The notes: generated by a model from the sequence alone, not told the origin. DNA of 64,000 bases from an uncultured archaeon (GCA_964342815.1 CAYFHS010000012.1:32001-96000); one strand, 5' to 3'; counted from the stretch's first letter, positions 47,301 through 57,852 are shown. A program made the numbers and translations.

Positions 47301-50103
47301 ATCGGACCTGAGCAACTGTAGAATTCCAATACGTTAGATCGTTCTGAAGTACTATACTACCGGTAGAAGGTTCAACCAAATCAATTAAAATATTTCTGTA
47401 GAGTGCACGGTTTTGAATATTACCTGCCCGGTCCACACCCCAAACCCAGAAATTCACCCATCCCGTCTCAGCGGTATTTATAACGCCAGTTGCCCCTTGA
47501 ATGAAAAATCCGTTGCTCGTTCCACTGTTATTAACATGATTATAGTAATAACCGGATAGGCCGGATTGGTCTACCCCTGAATCAACTATATTGGAAATGC
47601 GATAATAAACATTTTTGTCATTTGTATATCGGCTCCCGTTCTCCAACCTTAAACTTGCTCCACCGGTAAATGTTGGACGGACAGTATCAATATGAATTGA
47701 ATCCGAAACTGCAATGCTGTAATGCCCGTATGCATCCTTGGCCCACACGTAAACCACGACATTCTTCCGGACCGGGGCATTGTGAATATCCACGTTGGTT
47801 TCAGTGGTATAATTGGCATCCGGTCCGCCGGACCCGTTCACGAACGAATAATAGTAACCGGTCAGCGTTGGATCGCTGAAACCTCCCCAGCTGAGATGAA
47901 GTGTCCTATCATTGGTCCATTCGTCCCCGTTGTTTATCAACAGCCACGCATTCGAGATGTCGGGAACAAAGGCATCGATATAGATAGAGTCCTCCGTTGC
48001 ATTTCCGATATTACCAGCATTATCCACCGCCCAGACGTAAATTGTGACGGTCCCGTTTACTGCCGAAGCGGCGGTAGCATTGGTGCTGGCCGTGTAGACT
48101 CCGTTTGGCGTCCCGCTTCCATTGGTGAAATTATAATAATATCCTTTTATACCTGCTCCCCCGGAATCGGTAAAATTGCTCCACTCGAAAAAAATATTGT
48201 TGCTACCGACATTTTCAGCGCCGCTCTCGATGATGACGTTGGCATTGGAGTTATCGGGATTCTCAAAATCCACCTGTACGGTATATTTCTGTGATGCCGT
48301 CGGGCCGTTGGTGATATCATCGGTTCCCCGCCACTGTATGTAATTGCTGCCCCCCGCGGCGAATTCCACATTGGCCGAGGCTGAAAAAAGCTGCTGGGCA
48401 GCGCCTGCGTCACCTGTTGAGATCCACTGGCTGAGCGTCCCGTTGAAATATCGGTATTCAATGGTATTCAAGCGTACTCCCGAGGTATTGTCCCTTATAT
48501 CGATCCCGCAAGTAACCATACTTTCGTTCACCCAGTCATTTGGCGATGGGGACGGGTTCTCGAAGAATATTTCAGACGTATCCACCATTATCGTATCCGT
48601 AGCCGAAATTCCGATATTACCTGCCTTGTCAATGGCCCATACATACACGTTCACAGTCCCGTCCTGTGCATTGGAAAGGACACCTGGACTGGAGTAATCC
48701 ACGGTTCCGTTGGTGCTTCCCTGATTATTATCGAATGAATAGTAATAATGATCAATACCTGAGATTTCCGCTCCCTGGTCGATAAAGCTGGACCAAGTGA
48801 ATGCCAGGTTAGAAACGTTTGTTCCGGCCGCACCGCCGTTAATTATGACATTATTGGGAGGAATGTAGGATGGTGCGCTGGTATCGAGTATTATTGTATC
48901 ATTTTTCGATGATCCTATGTTACCCACATTATCCTCGGCCCATAGGTACACTGTGATTATACCCTCAACTAGGTTAGAATCAGCAATGGAAGATTGGTTT
49001 CCGTTCGTTGTATTGGTGTCCACCTTCCCCTCGTCATTGGTAAACGAATAGTAATATCGTTTTGTTCCCGAATCCGAATCCACGCTGGCATTCCAGGTTA
49101 CATAGAAGGTTGTGTCGTTATCCGCCAGAGTCCGGTTGTCTCCGAAGGAATCTGCGTGAATGGTAATATTCCCGGGCCCCGGTGGAGCCTCACCGTCCAC
49201 CCTGATAATAAATGTCTGATTTGCAGGTACGTTACCGGCTCTTCCCACAGGTAGCTTGTTTACCGAAACATTGTAATTGTTCGAGTTTTCCGAAACTGGG
49301 GCCGAGCTCATGAGGATGCTGAAGGCCTGACCCGAGGAACTGTTATTGTATGCAACAGCTCCAGTATCGTTTGTTACCGATACATTGAAATATTGATTTG
49401 ATGGATAAAATACCGGAAAACCGGTGTAATGGACCTTTGGGCCGGAAAAGGTCAGATTCTCATTGGTTCGTACCCAATCCCCACTAGCAATGGAACCCTG
49501 GTGCTGAGCAGCCACAGTCAGTGTTCCAGACATATCGAGTCCGGTTTCCACCCTAAATAGATTTGGAAAATTCGTGCTGTTTGTATTGTTCGAGGCGTCC
49601 GTTATATTCAACCTTATATCACATAATGCCGCGTCAGGGAAGGTCCAGTTGAAATCCACATGGAAATTTACGAAGGTGTTGTTAGCATCAGTATCTCCCC
49701 AATGGGTATCGTTGGAACTCAGATTTATATAGTCTTGAGTATCTCCGCCATCCAGCTCGTAAAAATGTGTTGCGTTATCCCTTGACCAGCAAAGGGTGAT
49801 GTTCTCGTCTCCAGGCTCGATGGTGATATTCACATATTTGATATCATTGGCTCCATCGGTATCATTGATGGTGGCGTTGAAGTGGTATGATTTGAATCTT
49901 GCGAGGCATACGTCTCCCAGCTCGCCGTTCTCGAGAACGAGATCCTCGATGTCCGGCTCGGCCTGTCCCAGTTGCGGACCAATATCTGCAATTGAAAGAA
50001 ATGATAGAATATCCAATCCGGAAAGGAGAAAAAGAACCGTAACCGACAAGATGAGAATAGGTTTCACAGTGGAAAAGCAATAGGATTTTTTTTTCGTCAT
50101 CAT
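44350..50103 (-). CDS. Giant surface adhesin-like protein: seven Ig-like repeats, PA14 domain, cadherin-like repeats, CARDB, TM helix
   Basis: Signal peptide; repeats W..F.D...SG..GYYY.F....G...VW..D.AGNIG; PA14 block YNFTIGSDDGARLYID; HIKNNGTAAARNVNVTF (CARDB); TM helix and short tail. Start ATG 50103. Confidence 0.85.
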   Translation of the reverse strand: MMTKKKSYCFSTVKPILILSVTVLFLLSGLDILSFLSIADIGPQLGQAEPDIEDLVLENGELGDVCLARFKSYHFNATINDTDGANDIKYVNITIEPGDENITLCWSRDNATHFYELDGGDTQDYINLSSNDTHWGDTDANNTFVNFHVDFNWTFPDAALCDIRLNITDASNNTNSTNFPNLFRVETGLDMSGTLTVAAQHQGSIASGDWVRTNENLTFSGPKVHYTGFPVFYPSNQYFNVSVTNDTGAVAYNNSSSGQAFSILMSSAPVSENSNNYNVSVNKLPVGRAGNVPANQTFIIRVDGEAPPGPGNITIHADSFGDNRTLADNDTTFYVTWNASVDSDSGTKRYYYSFTNDEGKVDTNTTNGNQSSIADSNLVEGIITVYLWAEDNVGNIGSSKNDTIILDTSAPSYIPPNNVIINGGAAGTNVSNLAFTWSSFIDQGAEISGIDHYYYSFDNNQGSTNGTVDYSSPGVLSNAQDGTVNVYVWAIDKAGNIGISATDTIMVDTSEIFFENPSPSPNDWVNESMVTCGIDIRDNTSGVRLNTIEYRYFNGTLSQWISTGDAGAAQQLFSASANVEFAAGGSNYIQWRGTDDITNGPTASQKYTVQVDFENPDNSNANVIIESGAENVGSNNIFFEWSNFTDSGGAGIKGYYYNFTNGSGTPNGVYTASTNATAASAVNGTVTIYVWAVDNAGNIGNATEDSIYIDAFVPDISNAWLLINNGDEWTNDRTLHLSWGGFSDPTLTGYYYSFVNGSGGPDANYTTETNVDIHNAPVRKNVVVYVWAKDAYGHYSIAVSDSIHIDTVRPTFTGGASLRLENGSRYTNDKNVYYRISNIVDSGVDQSGLSGYYYNHVNNSGTSNGFFIQGATGVINTAETGWVNFWVWGVDRAGNIQNRALYRNILIDLVEPSTGSIVLQNDLTYWNSTVAQVRWSGFSDNNDATRGLAGYYFGTTNNEGTMSGQISNGGIRGHYFNGMNFNEYKFSRYDGTINRNFGNGGPGGGCGNNQYSIIWNGSIFADESTTYNFTIGSDDGARLYIDDVRLLSHWYSRAYTENTVSVYLERGFHRFEMHYYEHNGGAAVAAKWEKWGTAGAPPVIPASRLWGGQPTDYISLPNQGPTTVYAWAQDYSFNIGDAVSDDIFIDTIAPSSTSASLEIENKSEYCSDKTIYLNWSGFSDAAPSSQIKGYYISFFDGSGTDNGIWTNKTNYILDAPEGKHHIYVWAEDVAGNRGTTINDTIEVIYPKVLDISHEPIAYRGKAIPITMNLTDVVFGESGLNLTLQIWLGDTEGGWNELPVELYDDGELVYFYSSYTPPLDIPINTILDLRLRYTNPSGFISDWKLRAFKAVNNFPMINSTPTFTSLEDHAINVDFNVYGWDVEDGRDPLQTTWTLETFNKFKIGSVTPGDGPNKFVFNPINNFHGNSSVLMKFTDKDGDYVEEFFNFSWENVNDPPMVFDGAPKEIQLEEDNDTIYQIDMTDIFYDIDEDILAVNFTNSSNIIINIISSGIVNITTAHNWYGKENITFTASDGQDEAHHTISFMVSLVNDKPDIIGFEKIVTIKEDTTGYLDVGDCFSDPDDLELLYVAQSGFAEINLSIMENNSLRLEPTLNWFGEIEITVSAVDPSGEMSSFTFTLKVLEVNDIPVAFIQSRSREMEKGGSNMKISGWGVDEAVYEKGYIRDYLWVSSVDGKLGNFSNLDLRSRHNISLGLHIITFSVEDDDGAWSEIRNIEIFITAPLLELIFVPVDQGEYMEGDDVHLNVHIKNNGTAAARNVNVTFMVDGTRIRVIWFPHIFPGETRTATAIWEAQSGKHNISIIVKDSKYSTVTILDGGKLNMDLEVKQDASSWVFLLSIAFAFIIIIAFFVISVFLRKRRRKKVLQEVKKTIKEATGKGVGVQEAENMLEDIENEFRIKLK

Positions 50104-50360
50104 ATGTACACCCAAAAAATCTGGAAATGGTAGAGACCTATGAATACATGTTACAATGTTGCTGCTGTTTATCTACTATTATCAGACAATATTTCGATTC
50201 CAGTAATACAATCGGTATATAAAATATCTGGTATATTATATATTAATTGTTGAACAAATTCTAAATCCATATCCCTTTTATTTTCTCGTTCATTATATAC
50301 TTCAAAATTTTAGGGAAAGTGGATTTCAATGATGGGCCAATTTTTCAATTCAGCATTGCG

Positions 50361-51800
50361 TCATAAACGGCGCTCATGGATCGATTCCTCTACCATCTCC
50401 CTGCCCAATTCAAGCAGTTCATCGGCCCTGGCTTGTGTCATGGCATCCGAATAGAGGCGGAAAAGGGGTTCCGTTCCAGAAGGCCGCAGCAGAAGCCATG
50501 AATCGTCATTGAATAAACGTTTCAGTCCGTCTACAGTGAGATCCTTCACACACCCCTTCAGCAAAGCAGGGGAATTATGAAAACGCCTAATAACACTTTC
50601 ATATACCTTATCCTTCACGTCATCCGGACACCTGAACTGCCCCTTTGCCTGATAGAATCGAGGAAACTCTTCCGTGAGCTCCCTAAGAGTCTTCTCTCTC
50701 TCAGCCATTATCTGCAGCAGGAAAAGCGTGGCCAATATCCCATCGCACCAATGCACGTGCTTGGCAAAATAGTACTTTCCGCTCTCCTCGTAGGCAAATA
50801 CCGCTCTGCTTTCATGAACTGATAGAACCCTTTCTGTATCCGGTTGACCGATCCTGCAGTATTCCACAGCGACCCCATACTGTTTAGCGAGATAATCTAT
50901 AAGACCAGAAGAGTTTACAGGAGTTACACAAACTGGATTTTCTTGACCATTATTTAGGCATTTCTCGAATATCCATTTTCCAAAAACCGCACCCATGACA
51001 TCCTCAGATACCACTTCCCCTGTTTCGTCCACGAATAACACCCGATCGGCATCCAGGTCGGTAGCGGCAGCGAGGGACGCGTTGCTGTTAAGAAGCGAGT
51101 TTACCGTAGTACCAAGAGTATGCTTTCTCGGTTCGGGAGGGCGTTCGGGGTCTCCACTGTGATGGTCATGCAACCTTATTACCTCGATGCCGCACTTCTC
51201 TATAATGGAAGGCAGGATACCTGAGGCTGTCCCGTTCCCGGGATCCATCACAACCCTGAAATTATCTCGCTTTGCCAACTTGGCAATTGATTCTTGATCA
51301 ACCAGATTTAAAAGGAATCGTTCGTAGCGATCCAAAACACCGCAGTCTGTTTCCACGGTCCCGATGGATTGCATCACGATCTTTTTTCGTTCTTCGAGCC
51401 CGTTGAAATACCGATCCTCGACTTCCAATGCCTGATCATCGCCGATATAAGACGCGGTAGAATCCATGTAGATAAGACCCACTCTATCGGGAGGCATATG
51501 AGAACCGGTCACCATCACCCCACCGGCCGCTTCCATTACCTTCAATGCATAACCCAATGCAGGGGTAGGAACAATTCCGCAATCAATTACTTTCAAACCC
51601 ATTGACTGCAGCCCCGCCGATATGGCGCAGCAGAGCATGGAAGTACCAAAACGGGTATCCCGGCCCATTACGACCTTCCCGGAGCCCAGCCAATCAGCAA
51701 AAGCCATGGACAATTTCATAGCCAGTTCCGGTGTAATCTCAGTATTTGTTGCTCCCCTGACTCCACTGGTACCGAACATTCTCGGTTTTCTTTTTATCAT
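50361..51800 (-). CDS. Phosphomannomutase/phosphoglucomutase (alpha-D-phosphohexomutase) family
   Basis: FGTSGVRG, GRDTR, TGSHMP (phospho-Ser motif), DLDADR (metal site), YEESG, RPSGTEPLFRLY. Start ATG 51800 after CAGGTG. Confidence 0.93.
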   Translation of the reverse strand: MIKRKPRMFGTSGVRGATNTEITPELAMKLSMAFADWLGSGKVVMGRDTRFGTSMLCCAISAGLQSMGLKVIDCGIVPTPALGYALKVMEAAGGVMVTGSHMPPDRVGLIYMDSTASYIGDDQALEVEDRYFNGLEERKKIVMQSIGTVETDCGVLDRYERFLLNLVDQESIAKLAKRDNFRVVMDPGNGTASGILPSIIEKCGIEVIRLHDHHSGDPERPPEPRKHTLGTTVNSLLNSNASLAAATDLDADRVLFVDETGEVVSEDVMGAVFGKWIFEKCLNNGQENPVCVTPVNSSGLIDYLAKQYGVAVEYCRIGQPDTERVLSVHESRAVFAYEESGKYYFAKHVHWCDGILATLFLLQIMAEREKTLRELTEEFPRFYQAKGQFRCPDDVKDKVYESVIRRFHNSPALLKGCVKDLTVDGLKRLFNDDSWLLLRPSGTEPLFRLYSDAMTQARADELLELGREMVEESIHERRL

Positions 51801-51822
51801 TATGAGCACCTGTCGAAAAAAT

Positions 51823-53277
51823 TCACACCCTGAACAATATTTTCTCGCTTTTGAACATCTTAACACAGAGATAAATCAAAATGGCGGCTGCCAATACCGT
51901 GACAATAATATTCAGCAGAAGCAGGCTGACGGTCAATTTCCCAAGCAGCAGGTCTTTCATTGCGAAAACAGAAGAAGCGATGGGGATCAAATATACCTTT
52001 TTCGATATATCGAAATTAATGCTCATTGTCATTATCCCCAGAAATATTACTATGAAGAATACCGGTGTCATATAGCTGCTGGCTTCTTTGAGATTCCGTG
52101 CAAAGGTACCGACTAAAATTATTATAGAGACCAACACGGTTGAAAGGGGAATAAGTATCAGGAAAAGGCCGACTACGACCCAAGGAGTGAAGACCGCAAA
52201 GGCCGAGCTTGTGCCTCCACCTCCGAAAATAATTCCGAAAGTAAGGATTATTCCAAGACCACCGATGGTGAAAAGAGCTGATACAAAGGAGACCACCATT
52301 ACAGAAATGATTTTTCCTATTACTATGGACGTCCGGGCAACTTTGTTAACGAGGAGTGTTCCAAGTGTGTTCCGCTCCTTTTCTCCTGCAACGGCGTCAA
52401 GACCGATGCTCATTGCACCGCTCATGAGGTATATGACCACGAAATAAGGCAGAATCATACCTAGGATGGAGCCTGATTTCTCCTCAGTTGTGGCTGTATC
52501 GACATATTCATGATCCACCACATTGAGGATGTCATCATCAATCGTGCGGAAAAAATTCAGCTCGCCACTGGCGTTTCGTATCCGATAAGCATGCAGTCCA
52601 TCGGCGATACTCCACCATTCTTCTGAAACTTTTGTTACGGCTGAATCTTCGCCAAGTTTGATGTTATGATTCATAAGAATTCCTTTTAATGTAGTGTTCA
52701 GGCTGCCGTTGCCGAGGAATCTTATATATTCAGCAGGGAGAGAGAATAAAAAAACCTCTTTTTGGTCCAGGCGGCGCCCGCGCTCATCCAGTATGAAATC
52801 CCAGATGAGATTGATAAATGTGTCCTTGGCCCTCGCTGACGCCGGTACCGCCGAAGAATAGGAAATTGTTATATTGCCTGTGAGATAATCCTCCACGTTA
52901 TCGGTGAAATTATCCGGGAACTGAACGTAAAGTTCCAGCTTTTCGCTGGAAATGTCCTGTACCGGATGGGATGAATTGATAATGGTAAAATTTTCCGATC
53001 TTTCGATATACAACACGAAATCCTGGGCATGGCTGCCGTTCTCTACTGCGACATTGAATATTCTCTCCTGCAGCTTCTGCTCCGAGATATAAAAGAAACT
53101 TCCCATGCCCAGCAGGAAAAGGGGTAACAGTAAAAGAGGAACCAGGGTAACTGTTATAACAACTCTCTTCTGTCGAATGATGCCTCTAAGTTCATTGGCG
53201 GCAATGACCATGAAATCGGGCATATCAAGCAGATTCTCACGAGGTCGGGGAATTTCAGGCTTGGGTTTTTCGGCCAT
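51823..53277 (-). CDS. ABC-2 type permease, NatB-like
   Basis: ANELRGIIR, AVAGEKERNTLGTLL...IVIGKI, FARNLKEA..Y.TP, LIPI; multiple TM helices. Confidence 0.88.
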   Translation of the reverse strand: MAEKPKPEIPRPRENLLDMPDFMVIAANELRGIIRQKRVVITVTLVPLLLLPLFLLGMGSFFYISEQKLQERIFNVAVENGSHAQDFVLYIERSENFTIINSSHPVQDISSEKLELYVQFPDNFTDNVEDYLTGNITISYSSAVPASARAKDTFINLIWDFILDERGRRLDQKEVFLFSLPAEYIRFLGNGSLNTTLKGILMNHNIKLGEDSAVTKVSEEWWSIADGLHAYRIRNASGELNFFRTIDDDILNVVDHEYVDTATTEEKSGSILGMILPYFVVIYLMSGAMSIGLDAVAGEKERNTLGTLLVNKVARTSIVIGKIISVMVVSFVSALFTIGGLGIILTFGIIFGGGGTSSAFAVFTPWVVVGLFLILIPLSTVLVSIIILVGTFARNLKEASSYMTPVFFIVIFLGIMTMSINFDISKKVYLIPIASSVFAMKDLLLGKLTVSLLLLNIIVTVLAAAILIYLCVKMFKSEKILFRV

Positions 53278-53278
53278 A

Positions 53279-54028
53279 TCAGGCAGCCTCCCTTATGTTA
53301 ACCTTTTCCGCAAGCTTGAAAAAGGTTTCCTCAAGTGAATTTACTTGATATTTCTCGTTCAATTCCTCAACTGTTCCGCTGGCCATCAATTTACCATTGA
53401 GAAGAATGCCTATGCGGTCGCACAATTTCTCCGCAATTGCCATGTAATGGGTTGAAATTATTATGGTCTTACCCCTGGTCTTCTCGGCCAATAGAAGATC
53501 AGTAACGGATTTGGCGGTCATGATATCCAAACCGGAAGTAGGCTCGTCAAAGATTATTACCTTTGGATCGTGGATCAGGGCCACGGCTATAGCGGCCTTC
53601 TGAGCGTTTCCGTGGGACAGTTTATCTATGAGCAGGTCTCTGTATTCGTCGATCTTGAAGCGTGAGAAAAGAAAGTTCTCCCTTGCTGTTATTATTTTCT
53701 TGGGCATGCGGTTGAGCTTGCCGTAGAAAGTAACGAGTTCATGAGGGGTGAAATTGGGGCTGAGTTTCATCTGAGCCGTGAGGAAACCCAAAGAACCCCT
53801 GACCTTCCCCGACTCCTTTTCGGTGGAAAATCCGTTAACGGTTATTTTACCCTTGGTAGGTTTCAACAATGTTGCCAGCATTCTCAATGAAGTGGTCTTT
53901 CCCGCACCATTGGGACCCAGGAGACCGTATATCTCACCCGGACGTACCGTAAAGGATACGTCATTCACTGCTGTTAGCGAACCGCTTTTGGTCTCGAATA
54001 TTTTTGTAATCTGCTCGCTTTTAATCAC
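53279..54028 (-). CDS. ABC transporter ATP-binding protein, NatA-like
   Basis: GPNGAGKTT, signature LSHGNAQK, IIFDEPTSGLD, ISTH. Confidence 0.92.
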   Translation of the reverse strand: MIKSEQITKIFETKSGSLTAVNDVSFTVRPGEIYGLLGPNGAGKTTSLRMLATLLKPTKGKITVNGFSTEKESGKVRGSLGFLTAQMKLSPNFTPHELVTFYGKLNRMPKKIITARENFLFSRFKIDEYRDLLIDKLSHGNAQKAAIAVALIHDPKVIIFDEPTSGLDIMTAKSVTDLLLAEKTRGKTIIISTHYMAIAEKLCDRIGILLNGKLMASGTVEELNEKYQVNSLEETFFKLAEKVNIREAA

Positions 54029-54411
54029 TCTATCGCCTACGGAGGTTTATCTGGAATACGGAGCGATAGTGGGATTTGGATAAATCAATGTTTCCTTGTT
54101 ATTGGATTTTTGGTCAATAGATTAGTAGGGTCAATTAACATATATGGATCAATTAGCGAAATATAAATTCTAATGAAAGTTGGGTTCGGCCTCGATGATT
54201 GATTAATCTCATATGCCTCCAAAAACTATATGAAAGTCTAAGCTATTCATGAATGAAATGAGTCTGTAGTGAGATTTCAAATCGTCGCTTTGAAAAAGAT
54301 CAGGCGTGATCCAGAGAAAAAATGAACGCTATATAATCACTGAACCGATAGTGAAAATGATAAGAACGAGAATCGAGAGGTGAATTGGCTCATCTGTCAT
54401 GAAATAATATA

Positions 54412-57400
54412 ATGGTGGTCTGGAATATCAAAGAGAGTTCAATCCACATTCCTTGGTCCCACAAGACCTATTCCCTATTTGGTTTTGTAGTGGTCACACT
54501 GCTTTTGCTGACCAGCATGGGGGTGATCATACCATATCATTTAAAATCCGCCTCAGAAAATAATATATTTCTTTTACAGACCATTAATAAATACAATGGA
54601 AAAGAAAGGGGTGCTGCTGGAATAATCAAAGGCCCGTATCTCCAGAACGTGACTGCCAACAGCATATACATAATGTGGGAGACCCAGGGAGAGGGAGACA
54701 GTAAGGTGGAGTATGGTCTCACCTCTTCGTATGATCGATGGGTTCACCAGATTGATGCAAAGACGATCCATGAGGTCAATCTAACCGGGTTGAATTCGGG
54801 GGCGATCTACCACTATCGAGTAAGTTCTTCCGGTATTCTGAGCGATGATTATACATTCACCACAGCTCCGCATCCCGCAGAAACTTATACCTTTTTAGCA
54901 CTAGGTGATACCCGAACACTTCACAACCAGCACAGGGCGGTAGTGAATTCCATGAGACAAGAAGCAGCGGATTTCGTCATAAATACGGGTGATCTTGTGG
55001 AATCCGGGGAAGAACAAGAACAATGGGATACCTTCTTTAATATCTCAGATGGGATAATGCATTCTTGGGTATACTGGCCCGTCCTCGGTAACCATGAACA
55101 TCACGGCGAACCGTATTTCAGATATTTTTCATTACCGGGGAACGAGTACTGGTATGCGTTCGACTACGGCAATCTTCGTTTTATCGCACTGGATTCGACA
55201 CAGAATTGGAGGAAGGGAACCGACCAGTACAATTGGCTTATAACAGAACTTCAGAATGCTAGTATTGGACGCCGTTTCATAATTGTGGCTTTTCACCATC
55301 CGATCTACAATACCGGAGTGGGACACGGTGAGAGTAATCCAACGGGCCCCGATGACGATTACTATGAAATGAGGGAAACGCTGGCCCCGCTTTTCGAGAC
55401 CTACGGGGTAGAACTTGTGCTCAATGGTCATGAGCATATATATGAGCACAATCTTGTGAACGATGTTCATTATGTGGTAACAGGAGGCGGTGGGGCGCCT
55501 TTGAGCCTGCCAGGATTCAGCAAGGAGTGGACCGTATCCAATGCAAGAGCATATCATTATATGCGAATAGAGATGAGTCCCTTCTCAGCCAAGGTGACCG
55601 CCCAAGGAATTGACGGTTCCGTTCTTGACAGTTTTGTTATTTCGATTCCCTTCTTCGATTTTCCTCCCGCCAACGTCACAGACCTGAATGCCGTAGATAC
55701 GCCTAATGACAACGGCGGAAGCATAACCTTGACCTGGAATTTGTCGGCAGATGATGGGGGGGGTTGGGACGATGTTTCCCACTATGCATTGGAGAGGGCC
55801 ACTGGAGAATCCGGACCATGGTCTCTTATTGACATTCTACCTGCAGGCACACTTTCCTATATCGATACCACCACCGACGGTACAGAATACTTCTACCGTA
55901 TGATAACGAAGGATAGGAATAAAACCAATACTGGCCCGGTCGGTGGTCCCGCCAGATCCCTTGATAACGTTCCCCCGCACCCTCCATCTCTTCTCCATGG
56001 TTACGATACACCCGGAGACGATGGTTACTCACTGACGCTTGAATGGGTGCCATCTGCCGATGAGGAACATGGAGCCGGATCGGGCGATGTGATAAGATAT
56101 CTAATCGGCAGAGGGGTGATTCCCAGGCAAAGTACCAATATCACATCCAACGAAGATGCTTATGCAAATGTGACTGCAGGCGTTCACTCTTACACTGATA
56201 CGAATGCGGATATGAATGTTTTTTATTATTACACTGTTTACGCTGATGACGGGACATTTCTTTCCGAACCATCCAATACCGAGGGACCGTTGAGATCAAG
56301 AAATGACAGGGCACCATATAAGCCCCACTCTCTAAAGGCAACAAATATAAAAGGGAACAGTGTGGACCTGACTTGGAACGCTGTGACCGATACGGACCTG
56401 GCTGCTTATGAAGTTTTCATTAGTCCAGATGTAATTTCCGCAGATTATAAAAAACGCAGCAACGGGGATTTTTTCTTTTTTAAATCCACATCTCCGGAGA
56501 ATAATTCATGCATGATCACCGGTCTAGCGGATGATACGACTTACAAGTTCAAGGTTAGAGCATTGGATACTGTAAATAACACCTCCCCGTTCTCCAATAT
56601 GGTTGAAGTGAAAACACCGGATATTACGCCCCCTCCAGCCCCGAGAATGGATAATCTCGGAATAACAATCACCAATAATCCCCGTCTTACAGTAACAGGA
56701 GTGAGCATCGATGGTATGATGGTGACGGTCACGATAAATGGTGAGGAGCGAGATCAAATAGAGGTTGACCAAGAAGACGGGACCTTTGCAGCTTCACTGG
56801 TACTGGATGAGGGATTCAACGTCATAAGTTGCTTTGCAGTGGATGCCAGCGGTAATATCGGCCATTTATCCAATACAATAGAGATCACACTTGACACCAT
56901 TCCCCCTTCTGTCAGTAAAGTTACACCCAGGGATAATGAGGCATCCGCTCCTCTGGACTCCTATATCACCATTTTCTTCACGGAACCTGTTAGTATGATT
57001 GGCATACCTCAACCGGATACCTATTGTAAAAATCACAATATTGAATTTATACCTTCCCTTTCTGGAAACGGGTCAATATTGACGCTGCCTCCAGGGAATC
57101 TGCTCCGACCAGGAACGCTATATATGGTATCCCTTCAGAACTCGATTCGGGATACAGCAGGAAATCAGATGAAGGAACCCTATAGCTGGTCCTTTACAAC
57201 AACTGCTGAGCCATTATTTTCCGGTCCGGAAATTATTCATTCGATCCCTTCGTCACCATATGGGACAATAATCGGGGAAAAAGTGGAATTGGAAATAGCA
57301 GTTTATGATCCGGATACTCCCAACTCAAAACTATCAATAACGTGGTTCAAGAACGAAAAAGTAATTGCTGAAGTAGATAAAGATATTATGAAATTTGTTC

Positions 57401-57852
57401 TCGGGACAGAGAGAGAAAACCCGGGTTGTTCATACGAAATAAAAGTGGATGTTTCGGATGGAAGAAGCAAAATTTCCCATACTTGGATCATAATTCTTTT
57501 CTCGCCCGAAAGCGATATTGACCGCGACGGTATGGGAGATGCGTGGGAAACAAACAATGGGATGGACTGGACCGACCCGCTGGATGGTGGGCTGGATTAC
57601 GATGGTGATGGGATTAGCAATCTCGAAGAGTTCCTTGGAAAAAGCGACCCATTGAACTCATTATCAATCCCTACCGGTGAGGAGGATGAAGACTCGTCGG
57701 AAAGAAAGGCGAGCTTGTTTTCAAGTTTTTTATTTTGGCTGATTGGAATCATTTTTTTCCTGTTAATATTATTAGTTACATTTATCACTTATAGAAATAG
57801 GGCAAATAAAAATCGAATCAAAGAAGAAAACGACGATTTAGGATCAGGTTAA
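54412..57852 (+). CDS. Membrane-anchored purple-acid-phosphatase-like metallophosphoesterase with FN3 and Ig domains and Ca-binding DxDxDG repeats
   Basis: GPYLQ..WET (PAP N-domain), GDTR, TGDL, GNHE, HHP, GHEH; FN3 repeats; DIDRDGMGD and DYDGDGISN; C-terminal TM helix. Confidence 0.88.
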   Translation: MVVWNIKESSIHIPWSHKTYSLFGFVVVTLLLLTSMGVIIPYHLKSASENNIFLLQTINKYNGKERGAAGIIKGPYLQNVTANSIYIMWETQGEGDSKVEYGLTSSYDRWVHQIDAKTIHEVNLTGLNSGAIYHYRVSSSGILSDDYTFTTAPHPAETYTFLALGDTRTLHNQHRAVVNSMRQEAADFVINTGDLVESGEEQEQWDTFFNISDGIMHSWVYWPVLGNHEHHGEPYFRYFSLPGNEYWYAFDYGNLRFIALDSTQNWRKGTDQYNWLITELQNASIGRRFIIVAFHHPIYNTGVGHGESNPTGPDDDYYEMRETLAPLFETYGVELVLNGHEHIYEHNLVNDVHYVVTGGGGAPLSLPGFSKEWTVSNARAYHYMRIEMSPFSAKVTAQGIDGSVLDSFVISIPFFDFPPANVTDLNAVDTPNDNGGSITLTWNLSADDGGGWDDVSHYALERATGESGPWSLIDILPAGTLSYIDTTTDGTEYFYRMITKDRNKTNTGPVGGPARSLDNVPPHPPSLLHGYDTPGDDGYSLTLEWVPSADEEHGAGSGDVIRYLIGRGVIPRQSTNITSNEDAYANVTAGVHSYTDTNADMNVFYYYTVYADDGTFLSEPSNTEGPLRSRNDRAPYKPHSLKATNIKGNSVDLTWNAVTDTDLAAYEVFISPDVISADYKKRSNGDFFFFKSTSPENNSCMITGLADDTTYKFKVRALDTVNNTSPFSNMVEVKTPDITPPPAPRMDNLGITITNNPRLTVTGVSIDGMMVTVTINGEERDQIEVDQEDGTFAASLVLDEGFNVISCFAVDASGNIGHLSNTIEITLDTIPPSVSKVTPRDNEASAPLDSYITIFFTEPVSMIGIPQPDTYCKNHNIEFIPSLSGNGSILTLPPGNLLRPGTLYMVSLQNSIRDTAGNQMKEPYSWSFTTTAEPLFSGPEIIHSIPSSPYGTIIGEKVELEIAVYDPDTPNSKLSITWFKNEKVIAEVDKDIMKFVLGTERENPGCSYEIKVDVSDGRSKISHTWIIILFSPESDIDRDGMGDAWETNNGMDWTDPLDGGLDYDGDGISNLEEFLGKSDPLNSLSIPTGEEDEDSSERKASLFSSFLFWLIGIIFFLLILLVTFITYRNRANKNRIKEENDDLGSG

